Assembly (NCBI GenBank): GCA_001600815.1
Contig: BCKZ01000010.1
Coordinates: forward strand, 556,142-618,235
Direction: 5' to 3'
Origin: Alloascoidea hylecoeti
Taxonomy: Eukaryota
Length of the DNA: 62,094 bases
Part shown: positions 22,180 through 36,400 of the stretch, in pieces
How positions within the stretch are numbered: position 1 is the first letter of the stretch
Layout of the letters: the number at the start of each line of letters is the position of its first letter
Notes under the pieces: model-generated
The model's database searches: none
Seen by the model: the letters and a program-made list of their open reading frames with translations, nothing else
Told to the model about the DNA's origin: nothing
Translations under genes and position numbers: made by a program

Positions 22180-23433
22180 ATGGCTCCTATTTTTACTTCT
22201 CCTATTTCTCAAAATGCTCCTTTTTCCCCATTACATCCTTCAATTATCAAATTCGTAAACTGCACGTTGTGCGATAAGGGAATCTTGCAGGAAGACGGTA
22301 CCTTATGGATAAATTGTGAATCTGGTATAATTCTTCCGCCACAATCGGAAAGCGTAGAACATTCTACGATTGATTTAGAAGGTTTAATCCTTGCTCCTGG
22401 CTTTATTGATATTCAAATAAATGGATGTTTTGGCTTTGATTTCTCTAGTTTGGCCTCTACAAATCCAATAGATGTTATCAAGTACAAAAATGAATATAAT
22501 AAAGTTATGGCACAATTATTGAAAACTGGTGTTACATCAGTCTGTCCCACTATCACTTCAAATTTTTCGGAGGTTTATCAAAGTGTTTTGCCTGTTTTAA
22601 AACCTGAAAGACTTGGTAATCAAGCCGAGTCTCTTGGTGCCCATATTGAAGGGCCGTTCTTATCTCCCTTAAAACCAGGTTGTCATCCTCGCGAGTGTAT
22701 TGTTGATGCACCCAAGGGATTCGAAAGCTTTTCTGATATGTATGGTAAGGATAATTTCTCTAACATAAGAATAATAACTGCCGCTCCCGAGATCCGTGGG
22801 GTCATGGAAGCAATTCCAGAAATTGTTGAAAAAGGTGTTATATTTTCTACTGGTCATACTACCGCTAGTTATGAAATTGCTCATAAAGCCTGTGAAAATG
22901 GTGGTCAAATGATCACTCATTTATATAATGCAATGCCACAACCTCACCACAGGCATCCTGGTGTATTCGGTTTAATCGGTGCTCCAAAAACCGGTAATTT
23001 CCTTAAACCATATTTCGGTTTGGTTGCTGATGGTATTCATGTTCATCCTTCAACAGTTAATATTGCTTATTACTCTGATCCAGATAAAATTTGTCTTGTA
23101 ACCGATGCAATTAAAGTACTCGGCTGTGAAGATGGTATTTATCCATGGGGAAATCAATTTCTTGAAAAAAAGGATAATGAAGTTCATTTAAAAAATACAA
23201 ATACAATAGCTGGTAGTGCAACATTATTACCACAGTGTTTAAGAAATTTAATTGAATGGAGTTCAACCGATTTACCAAAAGCTATCAAGACTGTTACAAA
23301 TAATCCGGCTTTATCTGTTGGTATTGAAAATAAAAAAGGATTTTTAAATCCAAATTGCGATGCTGATTTAACAATTTTGGATCAAAATGGAATTGTTAAA
23401 CATGTTTTTAAACTTGGTAAACAGATTCTTTAA
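22180..23433 (+). CDS. DAC1: N-acetylglucosamine-6-phosphate deacetylase
   Basis: NagA motifs 'APGFIDIQING', 'GAHIEGPF', 'TAAPE', 'GHT', 'THLYNAM', 'DGIHVH', 'VTDA' and 'AGS'. Confidence 0.96.
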   Translation: MAPIFTSPISQNAPFSPLHPSIIKFVNCTLCDKGILQEDGTLWINCESGIILPPQSESVEHSTIDLEGLILAPGFIDIQINGCFGFDFSSLASTNPIDVIKYKNEYNKVMAQLLKTGVTSVCPTITSNFSEVYQSVLPVLKPERLGNQAESLGAHIEGPFLSPLKPGCHPRECIVDAPKGFESFSDMYGKDNFSNIRIITAAPEIRGVMEAIPEIVEKGVIFSTGHTTASYEIAHKACENGGQMITHLYNAMPQPHHRHPGVFGLIGAPKTGNFLKPYFGLVADGIHVHPSTVNIAYYSDPDKICLVTDAIKVLGCEDGIYPWGNQFLEKKDNEVHLKNTNTIAGSATLLPQCLRNLIEWSSTDLPKAIKTVTNNPALSVGIENKKGFLNPNCDADLTILDQNGIVKHVFKLGKQIL

Positions 23434-24982
23434 CTCAGTAAATATAAACACATTTTAGAGTAATGACTTTTCGTTCTTGATTTCTTTTTTTTTTCCTATA
23501 CTTATGTGGGGTTGGCTTATACTTTGATTTTTTTTTTTTATAAATAATTATGACAACCAACTAGTATTAATAATATGATCATACCACTATCATTACGCTA
23601 CAATACAATGAAACTATATATTTTTGTTTTAAACTTTAAATTTATCTTGCATTATATCTAGAAAATAAATATAGACAATTGGGCTTACAATATATAGTCA
23701 CAGATTACACACATTTTATTAGAGTAGGAAAATCCTTTTTAAGGAATTCGAAGAGGAGAAAGCTACAGTTCTCTTTCGAATTATATCATTAATATTTGAT
23801 CCGTTAGATGGTCATCACCATTTAAATAAGTTTTATTTACTACCTTCAGCTATAATACCGAGAGACCTTCTAATGTGTTCCCGAAGTTGATCAATCTTCA
23901 TTTCTCTGCTTTTCCGTGGTTTTATAAGGGCTTCATTTCTGTTGATATTTTTTTTTCACACCTTCTCAATTTAGATCTATATGCAGATACTCCATCACTT
24001 CAACATTTCTTCTGTGTCTGGTCACTGTTGCATTGACATTGTTTCGTGTGATATTTGCCAACGGCAAATCGCGGATCGGCAAGCTCCAAACGTGCCTAGT
24101 GACTTATGAACTTAGGTGTAGGATATTTATTGGCTTTCTTCCACGAGTTTCGGTATTTAGAATAGAGGGAGTTTACATTTTAATCGCGCGAAGAAGGCAC
24201 ACACGTGAAGTACAGCGTGGAATCGTTATTGGAGAGTATCTAGGTCTCGCACTATACATGTATAGATAATATTAGTAGATAATAGATATTAGATATACAA
24301 TAGTACCATGGGAATCGTCTCGAGATTAGCTTGCTCATCAAGATCAAGTACAAAGATCTTCCGACAGTTTTTACAATACTTATAAAATTGAGGTAATGCT
24401 AGAGTTAAAACTTTTGAGGGGAGAAACAAACCATAAAGAGCAGGGTTGTTACAAAGAAGCAAAGATTTTTCAAGGTCAAGCTGCACATGCATATCAGTCT
24501 GTATGTAATATGTATATTAATATTTTCAAGCTGGAACCACACAACTAAATATACCGGTATAGACTTCTAAAATTCTATGGCAATACATATAAAACTGTTT
24601 TTTAAAACCCTAAAAAATATGATATTAATATTAACTATCTATGATTCTATATATATATATAAAGAAATGAATATTAGCTAATGAAGTGCTTGATGCAAAC
24701 ACGTATAAGTCACCAGCTATAAGTAATTATTAAAATTAAGATATGATGTTTTTGATCACAATGTTAATGTGATGTTACATTACATTATTAATGACGATGA
24801 TGATTGCAATATCAATCATATCCCTATTGATAAACTAAAGAAAAATCATAACCACCGTTATCAATTATAACTAGACATACCAATTGAGCGCCCATGTCTA
24901 AACTTTAGTTATGATTATTATGATCATACTTTATTATCAAATATGAGACACCCAAATTCGAAAACCAAAGAAATTTAAATAC

Positions 24983-27900
24983 TTAATTAGTCTTCTTCTT
25001 AAATAATCTTTTTGCAATAGCGATTGGTGAATATGAATTCTTCTTTGGAACTCTAAACATCCAATATAATCCAAGCATTGCAGCTATATTGAAGATAATA
25101 TAAACCCAAAGTAATCCAAAATCCCTCCATCTTTGACTAAATTTAATGCTAACCGATGATAAATATTCATCCCCAACGGTATATTGACAATATGCACAAT
25201 TTGACGTTGCTGATGGATTATTAATTTTACCATTATTTGAATCAAAAAATGTTGAGGTATATTCTCCACAAGTTTGTCCATCTGGTGGATTAAAATATGC
25301 CAATTCTGTGGATGAACATTCAATATCAAAATCATGTAAAACAGTACCAACAAAACATTGTATGAAATATGTATAAGGTGAAACCTTCCACATAAAGGTC
25401 CAGAATTTTGGCATCAAACTAACTGGTTGAAAAACACCACAGAATGATATACAGAAATTTAGTAAAATACCACATATAACTGCTGCAGAAGGCAAATCTG
25501 GTGACATATATAAAACCATTAATCCAAAAGTTGTGAAGTATAAAACAAAATTAATTGCAAAGACTAAAAAGAAAAATCCAGCGATTGTTGCACTTGTATC
25601 AATTTTTAAAGGGAAATAGAAACAACAATAACAAATAACACCAGCCAAAAAATTATAAGGTATTTCGGCTAAAAGTTGTCCCAAAATCATAGTAGACCAA
25701 TGGAATGTATTACTTGCGCTTTCTCTTACTTCGTATAAATCTCTAGCTGCAATAGCTCTTTCTTGGATTTGATTAACTAACGCAGCAGATTGAACAACAC
25801 ACATAATGACGGCAAAAAGTAATTGCTGATTACCAGAAATTGTATGAGGAACATTATAGTAAGTGAAACCAAGGAAAAATCCACCAGAACATAAAAGAAC
25901 AAATTTTGAAGCAATGTAAACGGGATCTCTCCACATTTGAGTTGATGCTCTCCACGTAACACATTGTAATTGTTTGACCCAACTGGCTGCAAATCGCTCA
26001 CTTAGGGTTGGATCAACTACATCACCAGCAACATTTGAATTCGAGTTAATTTCTTCAACTTCATCATTAGCAACTTTGAATTCCTCTGAATTATTCCATA
26101 TTTCACTCCAATCAGAAGCCGTTGAAGCTGTTGCACCAGCACCAATACAATTCAAAATATATTCGGCAGGATTTTCATCATCACCACACTTAGCCGCCCC
26201 ATGGGATTCAAAGTAATCAATCATTGTCTGAGAATTCTTTCCAATGTCACCAAAATAAACGGTTTTACCTCCTTTCTTTAACAGTAATAATCTATCAAAT
26301 TGCTCAAACAATGTAGCTGAAGGTTGATGGATAGTACATAAAATCGATTGCCCTGCGGCAGCCAGTTGTTTTAAGAATTGTACAATTGCCCAAGCCGATT
26401 GTGAATCTAAACCTGAAGTTGGTTCATCTAAAAACAATAATAATGATGGTTTTGCAACCAATTCAACACCAATTGATAATTTCTTTCTTTGTTCAACATT
26501 TAAACCAACACCTGCAGCACCAACAACAGCTTCAGCATACATTCTCATACCTAATAAATCAATGATTTTTTCAACATAATCAAGTTTCTCTGAATCGGGT
26601 GTAGAGGCCGGTTGACGAAGTCTAGCAGAAAATTGTAATGATTCACGAACAGTTAATTCAGCAATATGAATATCTTGTTGCTGAACATAACCAGTTCTTC
26701 TTTCAAATGAAGCATCGATAGGCTTACCATTAACAAGCATATCACCAGTAATCGTGCCAAAATGAATTCGTTGCGATAAAGTATTTAATAACGTTGTCTT
26801 ACCCGCTCCAGATTCACCCATTAAAGCAGTCAAAGTACCTGGCTTAACATATCCTTGAACATTATCCAACAATTTTCTTGTTGTACCAGCTAATGGAATA
26901 ACATAATCAAGGTTTTTCCAAGAGAAGACATCAGTACCGGTTAAACCAGAAGAAGCAAATATTTCTTTCATTTCTTCAACTCCAATAACTTTTTCTTTGT
27001 ACTCACTTATAGTAGACCCACCGACTTTACTAGTTTCTTCATCTACACTTGACTTCGTTGACTTTTGAAGTTCTGAAGGTAAATGACCCCGTTTAAACAT
27101 AAGCTTATCACCTCCACCAGCAACAGGTCTAACGTATTCGGCACAAAGAGCAGAAACTGCAACGAAAAATACCCAAAAGGCAATTGTAATACCAAAATTT
27201 CTCCAAACATGAGAATAACTATAATCAAATTGTAACTTGATATAATTATCACCATCAACTGTAGTACCATCAGAACCAACATAAGGACATACTTGATACT
27301 CAGATGAAATTGATTCATAGCCTTCACCTGAAGGAACTAATGAGCCACCACATGCCATCTTTGTTCCGTGGAATTCATTTGAAGCTAAACCTTCGAATAA
27401 ATAAAACAATGGGTTAAGATAACTAATCCATACAATCCAACCGTGCATTTGTGGTTGTGGAACAAGATAACCAGTAAGATTCGTGACACCTAAAACAACC
27501 AAACCAGCAATAGCATTTGCTTGGGCCACAGTTCTAGATATAGATGAGATCATTTTAAAATAAGCAGTCATAACCAATGATGAACATGTTAAAAATAAGA
27601 AATAAATGAAGAAAACACCAGCACCTAACTTTAAACTAGTCATGAAATAAATGATAATCGAAAAACAAACCAGTGAAATTAACTTAAAAGGAATATCACA
27701 TATAATGCTAGCTAATTGTTCAGCAGATGGGTGATAAAATTGATAAGATCTATGTTTTAAAACAATTGGTCTTTGGGAAAAATCATTTGAAATATTTGCC
27801 AATGATGAAATACAGAAGAAAATTAAACAAAATTGTAAAACACCACCTCTTGAAAAAGCACCAGCTGTTGTTTTAGGGATATCATAAAATAAAGATCCTA

Positions 27901-29613
27901 CAACTAATGATTGAATAAGTGAAGCACTACAATCTGTTATGACATATGCCCTATCATTTATTGTTCTTGTCATAAATCTCTTGCAACATAAAGTTAATTG
28001 AACAGGATAAGTTAAATTATATCTTGAATTTGTTCTTTGACTTTTCATTTTTTCTTGTGCTGTTGATATTTTGAACTTTTCATATGTTTTATCACCGTTG
28101 TGTGCTTCATCATATGCATTAATTTCTCTCATTAAGTGAACATAATCTCTAGAGTTCTTCCAATAACTAACAAAATCATCAGCAGTTCTTGGTACTTTAT
28201 CTTCCATTCCTTCTCTTGGGAAACGACCATTAGGATCTGTTACTGCAGTCAAATATTCAGCAGTACTTTGTCTAGGTAAACAAGCATATCCCATTTCTTC
28301 AAAATACATTTTTGCTCTTGTAACTGGACCAAAGAAAACTTGTCTACCATCATATAAAACAGCAACTTTATCAAATTTTTGATAAATATTTTCACCAGCT
28401 TGATAAATTGCAACTAGGCCAACATTATTCAATAAATTTGTTGAAGATCTAATCGCTTCTGTGTATTCTAAAGCTGTTGAGGCATCAAGACCTCTTGTTG
28501 CATTATCCCAACAATAAATCGAAGCTCTTGCTGCCAATGCTTCAGCAATTGAAACACGTTTTCTTTCACCACCAGAAACACCTCTAACAAAATCATTACC
28601 AACTTTTGTGTTATATGTATGGGTTAGACCGAAAACAGTAGCCAAAACTTCTCTAGTACTTCGAATAAATTCTTTCCTTGATATGTCATCAATACGAACA
28701 TTTGGAGTTCTGCAAGCTAAAGCAAAATCAAGGGTTTGACTAACAGTTAAATGAGGAAAATGAATATCCACTATAAGAGACATAGTTAGTAAAAAGCTTA
28801 TATAATGTCCATGTCTAACCTTATTTCAGATAAGACATAAGTTTAGGAGATTTTTAAGTACTTACACTCTGGATTATAAATGACATCACCCTTAAACTCT
28901 TTTAGCATTCGATCTTGATTTAATCCATCATACGAAATATCACCTTCAATTTTTTCAAGCTGATCAACTTCACCGGCAAGGGTTTTCAATAAAGTTGAGC
29001 AACCAGATCCCGGTCTACCAAGAACCAAACACATTTCACCTTCATGCAAAACACCATCAAAATCTCTAATAATTTGTCTTGTTGATTTATGTCTAAGACT
29101 TTTAATTTTTCCTGGTAAATTAATGAGGGAACGAAAAATATCTGATACATCTGTAGCATGAGAGTGTGCATCATCGATGCCCCAAGCAGTTAAGTTTCTC
29201 CATCTAATACCTGATGATCTTAAATGAATACCTGAATTTTGAGCATCGTTTATGAAAGATCTTAAAATGAAGTTAAGATCAAAATCCTCTGGGTCAACTT
29301 CAATTGGAGCATCTCTTGTTGTATGGGTTGAAAGTGTTCTTGCTAATTGTTCAAGCCTGTGCATGGCATCAGGATTTGAGGTAATTTTTGCTAGTCTTTC
29401 ATGGTCTTCAACATCAATGTCATCTCTTGAAGCCATATTTTGGTCAACTTTTAATTCATCCTGAGTATTTTCAGAACTTTGAATGGTTTCTCTAGTTGCA
29501 GTTCTCATGATTAGGGCTCCATGACGATCCATGTTTTCAGGAGCATAACTAGTTGGCTCTTTTGAGCCATCGGTTGATGAAGAACTGTTTCTATAATGAC
29601 TATACTCAACCAT
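24983..29613 (-). CDS. Full-size PDR-family ABC transporter (Snq2/Pdr12-like); exons 29613-28866 and 28770-24983 (1511 aa)
   Basis: The 95-nt intron 28771-28865 (GTAAGT...TACTAAC...TAG) joins the two listed ORFs into YNPE-L-DIHFPHLTV. NBD1 motifs 'GRPGSGCST', 'VSGGERKRVSIAE', 'CWDNATRGLD'; NBD2 motifs 'GESGAGKTT', 'LNVEQRKKL', 'FLDEPTSGLD'. Confidence 0.96.
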
Positions 29614-29853
29614 TATGGTTATAATTAGAAATAGATTGAAAAGTCAGTTGGAAGCTTGATGATAGAAGGAGGGAATTCCATCTTTTATATACTCGTTATT
29701 CTTCGTCTAAAACTGCATATAAGCTACATGAAATATTAAATTACCTAAATGTCCTGAGGTGTTGTTAGTATAAATCAAACTTATGTCCACCAATCATAAC
29801 GAATAGGGATATATCCCTACATGAATGAGTAGATTAGTGCTCTTACTAGCCTG

Positions 29854-29983
29854 TTAGTAAGTAATAGTTACTTCAAAAATTGCGGTATTTATCCCGGTGA
29901 ACTCCATATACTTTTCCGTGAAGGTAATTCCACCAATCGGAGTGTCCACGGCTGGGAGATGTTGCACACGTTAGTATTACTAA
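29854..29983. promoter_or_regulatory. Two Yap1-type elements amid CGG/CCG half-sites upstream of the ABC transporter
   Basis: TTAGTAA at 29854-29860 and TTACTAA at 29977-29983. Nearby TCCGTG, CCACGG and GCGCGGAA. Confidence 0.35.
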
Positions 29984-30456
29984 TGCGCGGAAATAACGCT
30001 AATTCAAGGATACAGGCAGGGACGTTGCCACAGCCGTGCGATCCACCTAAAATCTGGAATAATATATGGTTTCTGGACTAATAATATGATGTTTATTAAT
30101 ACAACTCAATTAATATAATTTGATAAGCATTGACAATTGACGTAACTATCCTCATGTGATAAAAAATACTATTGCTCTGCTCTTCTTCCTGTGGAAAGCA
30201 TCTTTTGTTAACAGCAGTTGCGCCAATGTACCCAGATAAGTCACATACATACAATTAAAGTTTGACATAACCATTAATCTGAGTGACATCTGTATCTTCT
30301 TAAAAGAATCGCAAAACAAAAAAAGCTTCTTCCTTACTTGCTTCTGATTATTTTTGTTGCATTTTCTTAATTAATGGTTTCACCATACCCTCCTCCTCGC
30401 AGATTCAATAACATTTATATTCACAATATACTCCTCAATAAATTATAATTATATCG

Positions 30457-31014
30457 ATGAGTAGTAACGTTTCTAATGGTGCTCGATCTGACGCTCAGAA
30501 TGAAAAAATCCTGAAGAAATTTAAAACGGAAAAATATAGTAAAATGGATATAACTCCAAAACCTGCTTATAACTATAATGATAAAACTCACAACCCTTGT
30601 CATATATCGTCCAGTCTAAAAAATGAGATTAAATCAGGTGAAAGATTATTTATATATAAATATTCACATTTAAATCCAACCAAAAAGGATCTCAAATTAA
30701 TACTCAAAAAATACATGAAAAAAGAAGAAAATACAACCTTGTTTCAAAATATATCATTAAGGGATATGGAAAGAGTACTCGAAAAGTTTCATATTACAAA
30801 GCCAGAGAATACTACTAGGTTTGAGTCATCTTTTAAATTGACCAGAGAAGAAAGACTTTATTATGATATTAAAGAAGAGCTTACAGAAAAAATGCAAAGG
30901 CGAAAGCTTGCCTGCCGAATTAGGTATGCAATGAGTATCTACCATCAATGCTATATTTCCCTTTTAAGAATGATAATACTACTTTTCAGATGGGCCGGCA
31001 ATAACGATATCTAA
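30457..31014 (+). CDS. Hypothetical basic protein
   Basis: 185-aa ATG ORF in AT-rich DNA; no motif recognised. Confidence 0.5.
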   Translation: MSSNVSNGARSDAQNEKILKKFKTEKYSKMDITPKPAYNYNDKTHNPCHISSSLKNEIKSGERLFIYKYSHLNPTKKDLKLILKKYMKKEENTTLFQNISLRDMERVLEKFHITKPENTTRFESSFKLTREERLYYDIKEELTEKMQRRKLACRIRYAMSIYHQCYISLLRMIILLFRWAGNNDI

Positions 31015-33081
31015 TTTTATAATATTTGCCATTTAAATAAAAGATCAATTATATGAATCGGCACTTATTATAACTATATATAATCATAACACTATTATAT
31101 ATTTATAGGGTAATTAATAATGATCATTACTAACTTAATATTTATTGTAATTGTAGAGAACTTGATTTCGAGTTTTATCTGCATGTGTTGTAAAATTAAT
31201 ATTAATGATAAGATATTTAATTATAACCTTGGAATTATAAGTTTAAATTTCTATATATGAGTTTAACTTAATTAAACATGTTTATTAAAAATGTAAAAAT
31301 TAAAGCCTATATTTTTCAAACAATTTTGGTTTTAAAATTTGATCCTATAAAATTTGGACCCAGCAGTATTTCTAATTGGTAGATTTTATTTTGTGCAGAA
31401 AATCGGGCTCCGATATTCTTTAAAGGTGTTTCATTGGTTTCTAGAATTCCAGAAAATATTTCGCTTGAAAAATTATTTTAATGACGGAAACCGAAACCTA
31501 ACGGATGTCTAGCATTGTCTACCTACCTAGATACCTAATACCTAGGATGAATATGGCTATTGAATGGCTCCGACTTCACCGAACACAAGTTGGAAGACTA
31601 AGCCGAAATATACAGACTTCAATGAAAGCTCAAGATAACTAACTTGCATCTGAATTTAATTACGATCTGCTTATAAGCTTGCAATCCAAATATTAGCATT
31701 CTTGTAAATGATAAGCATTTGGTTCAGATGTTATACAATTCAATTACCAAAGATTGCACTTATAATATGACCACATGTCATGATAAGTAGTCTATCAATT
31801 TAGCCGCTAGAATGCCCGGCCCTTGGTGCCTATGAATTGATAGTAGATACTAAGTACTGAGTAATCACCCCTTCTAATAGACGCTATTTTTCAATTGCAG
31901 TGGTGTGAAGTTTATAAGGTAAGTATAAGGTCCCTTGATCAATGGAAAATATATATAAATATACCTAGTTATGTATATTTGTGGTAATAGAATAAATAAT
32001 TTATAAACCTACATAGGAATAGCTAATGAAAATCCAAGCTTAAGAACTAGTTATGGAACTAGCTCTGAAATCAAAATATTGAAATTTTTCGGTTTTAATC
32101 TCAAGAATTGATGAAATACAAGCTTAATATATTTTGACCAGAATTAAAGGGTATTAAGGACTACTCACCTAATTAGATGAAAGAATTCCTTCAACTATTT
32201 TAAAGCTAAAGGTAGCTAATAGGTATGCCATTAATGCTATAGTTATTTCAGTGAAATTAATATACAACTTATTTTGCGTAAGGAAGTGTCATATAAGTAG
32301 TTTATATCTTGTGCTTATTTGATTGAATCTAGCTATAGGGCAGCTGCTTCACTCAATCACCCAATAGATGTACAAGTTATATTGAATTTATTTTTTATTC
32401 TTCTTCCCACCACATCATTTCTGCCACAAAATCACATTATATTTTAAGAGGTCCATCGTAAATATGCAATTCGCCATAAACAGCTATTATGCATGTTTAT
32501 AACTTATACTGTTTGCAATTTACTTGTTTTGCCAAATTTATTCTCTTTTACATTCATCACATCAGAAGAAATCATTTTGCCATCCAATATTCCTCGGCAG
32601 ACGCCACTGCAGCTGGGACAGATCCTTCTATTCCGGTTCCCTTCCAAGCGTACCCCCAGGGACTCCTCCACCAGTCCACCTCTCATGATCAGGCAATAGA
32701 TCAAACAAAAATTTACAAGAAATGTCTTGATTTAGATCTATTTAAATTTGATCTTTTCTCTTTTGCAGTGGTAAGCACAGTAATTTATAATTATCACTAT
32801 ACCATTGAGTAAAGGATCATTTTTAAAATCAAAATCTTTATGTAGTATATAATTATTAATATGGATATAAAAATGTAGACACATAAAAACAAAACATAAA
32901 GCCAAATACAAAAAAAAAAAAAAAAAAAGGTTCTATTTATATCTTATAAATATATATTTGTTAAATGTTTCTCTTTCTTTCATCGATATCATTATATAAA
33001 CCATCCCCCATGATATGCATATAATGTACAGATAGATTTATCAAATAATTGCAAGCTGCAATTGCAATTTTTAAAAATGAA

Positions 33082-33082
<1 letters not shown>

Positions 33083-33151
<69 letters not shown>
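33083..33151 (+). repeat. 69-bp poly(dA) tract
   Basis: Uninterrupted A run. A second, shorter run lies near 32910-32928. Confidence 0.9.
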
Positions 33152-33153
<2 letters not shown>

Positions 33154-33431
33154 AAGAAAGCACAGATTTATAATATAAAACACAAAGAGATTAATATAAG
33201 ATTCTCCTAATTAGTAATTAGATATAGTTAATTAACTTCTTGATGAAAAAATGTAAAGATAAAAATAAAAATATAAATAAAAAAAAAAATTGAAATAAAA
33301 ACAAGTAAGTGATCTTTTCTTTTCATTTATTTTTTAAATTGATTGACTATTATTCCTCTATGCTGTATATCCCATGCTTCCCACTCTCTCATTTCCAATT
33401 TCCAACTGCAATTTTTTTTTTTTGGAGTTAA

Positions 33432-36400
33432 TTAATCCTTAACTCTAATTCTTCCTCTTAAACTATTTAAATCAACAATTCCACGTACCATTGTATTATT
33501 AGTATCAATATTCTCATCCCTTTCAGTACTTTTTTCACTATCCATTTCAATTTCCATTCCCATTTCAATATCATCATCATTATTATTATGATTTCTAATA
33601 GTTAAATTTGAATTTGAATTATTTATATCAATACTTGATGAAAATTTTAAATGTCCTTGTATATGTGATTTTTCATTAATATTATTTGATTTTAAACCAA
33701 CAAAATGATTATTAAATTTCCCATAACTTGTTAATAAATTAACACCACCAATAGTTTTATTTATATCATTACCATGAGGTGGAGGAATTGGAGCTCTTTT
33801 ATCATTTGTATCATGATAATAATTATAACGTTGATTATTATTATTATTTAAATTCTTAATATTATTATTATTACGTAAATAATTTGAACTATAACCAATA
33901 CCAACATGACTTTTTGAATCATGTGAATGTTTTTTAACATTTGTATTACCAGGTAATTTTGATAAATTTGAAAAAGTTAAAGTTTGTTTTGTTTCTTGTT
34001 CATTATTATTTTTTGATTTTAAAAAAGATTTTGAACGTAATTTAATTGATGTTGTATTATTATTTGTTATTGTTGTTGGTAATTGTGCAGTATTTATATT
34101 ATTATGTTTTATAATATTATTATCATGAGTTGGATTTGCTTTTGTTCTTTTTTTAATTTTTGTTGGTGATCTAATATTTAAATCATTTTCATTATCACTA
34201 TTATTTAAAGAATTTAGATTTATAAATGATGAATTATTTGATGATGATGATGATCTACCATCATTTATAAAAACATCATTTAAACAGTCTTTAATTGAAT
34301 ATCTTTTTTCTTGATCCCATTTTAAACATTTATTTAAAAAATTTAAAAAAATTTCATTTCTTGTATTTAATAATTTTGATAAATTTTTTGAACTTGGTTT
34401 AAAATTCAAATATTTTTTAAAATTAAAATCTTTATATTCTGGTTTTTTAAAATTTAATTTTGATAAATTTGGTAAATTAAATTTTAAATTTATTGATGAA
34501 GAAGATGTTGAAGAAGACTTAACACTACTATAATTATTACTAATATTTCTTCTTTGTGATGATGAAGATGTTGATGAAGATGAAGGTATAAAAAATTCAT
34601 TAAATTTGTTTAATTTTGATATTATTGATTTATCAGGTGGACCAAATACTTCAATAATTAATAATAATTGTTCTAATTCACAATTTCCAGAAAATAAAGG
34701 AATTCCAGTATATAATTCAGCAACAACACAAGCAAAACTCCAAACATCAATTGAATTACCATATTTTAAACCTAATATAACTTCAGGAGCTCTATAATAT
34801 CTTGATTGAATATAAATAAAAGAAGTTTCATTTTCATAACATGATGAACCAAAATCAATTAATTTAATATCCATTGAATTTGGATTTTTTAATAAAATAT
34901 TTTCAGGTTTTAAATCACAATGTATAATACCATTATCATGTAAAAAATTTAAAGCTAATAATAATTGTTTTGACCAATTTTTAACCATTGATAAATGAAA
35001 ACCATAATAATTTGAAGATTGAATTGCTTGATATAAAGAAATGGATAAAAATTCAGTAACTATACACATATGACCTCTAAAATTGAAATGATCAAAATAT
35101 TTTAAAATATGTTTTTCATCTTCTTTTATATTATCATTTAATGATGATGATGATTTATTAAATAATTGTTTTAAAATTCTAATTTCATAAACAGATTGTA
35201 AACTCCATTCCATATCATTTTTAATAATTTTAACAGCAACAATTTTATTAAATTTATGATCTTTACAACATATTACTTTACCGAAAGTACCAGCACCTAA
35301 ATTTGATAAAATTTCATATCTATAAGATATATGATCTTTTTTATGAGTTATATAATTTTTTTCATCATCATCAAAACCATAATTATTTTTGGAATTAATT
35401 TTTGTTGTTATTCCATTAATATTTGATTGTTGTTGCTGTTGTTGTTGTTGTTTTTGTTGTTGTTTATATTTAGGATCAAAAGTTGTTAAAGATTTTGAAG
35501 GATTTCGTAATGAAGGAGGAGTGTAATAGATTTGTTTAAATCTATTAATTTCACTTTTTTCATAAATTGACATATTTGTACCATATAAATCTAAAACTTC
35601 AAGAGAATTCAATGGTATTGAAGATGAAGATGATGAAGATGTTGAAGAATTTAATGATAAGGATTGTAATACAGGATCTTTTGTATGCTTACAAGTTTTC
35701 AAAGCTTCATAAAATTGTTGTTCAGTATTAATTTTATTATTATTATAATGTGGAGTATTTATTGTTGTTGTTGATGAAGTATGATTATGACTGATAGGTT
35801 TTGGAGTTGGAGGTTGTTGCTGTTTTGTTTCTATTTTTTTTGCTTTTAATTTTGGTTTTTGTTTCAATTTTGCAGAAGCTGTCGTAGCAGTTAAAGTAGA
35901 AGAAACATTTCTAATTCTTGGTTCAGTCGAAATATGTCGATTATTGTTATTGTTATTGTTATTGTTATTGTTATTGTTATTGTTATTGTTATTATGAATT
36001 GGAGTTTTTGAATTTGAATTTAAATTTAAATTTGAAAGTTTAATTGTGACTGCTGTAGTAACATGGTGTTTGGAAGTTGGAGATATTGAGATCTGAGGAG
36101 AAGGAGTTTTCAAATTGTGATTATTATTAGTTGTTGACACTTTATGAGATATATTTGTTGAAGATTGAGATTTTGGAGTCCGAAGATTTGCAGTTGAAAA
36201 ATGGTGTCTAGATGTTATTGAAGTAGGAGTCTTTGGAGATCTTTTAAATTCGTTAGGATTATTGTTATTATTATTATTATGGGTGATATTTTTTGAAGAA
36301 GGAGCTCTTCTTGTTGAAGCGTTCATATGAACGTTAGTTCTAGTCCTTTGGGAATATCTCTGATCTTTTAATTCCTTAACAGTGGTTAGCGTAGATTTCC

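Noticed and set aside
23747..24060. Imperfect hairpin and coding-like fragments downstream of DAC1
   Set aside because: The arms are imperfect and the fragments unidentifiable.
28784..28865. ABC transporter split into two ORFs (possible pseudogene)
   Set aside because: A canonical 95-nt intron joins the two ORFs in frame.
32992..33183. Poly-Phe ORF
   Set aside because: Translation artefact of the poly(dA) tract.
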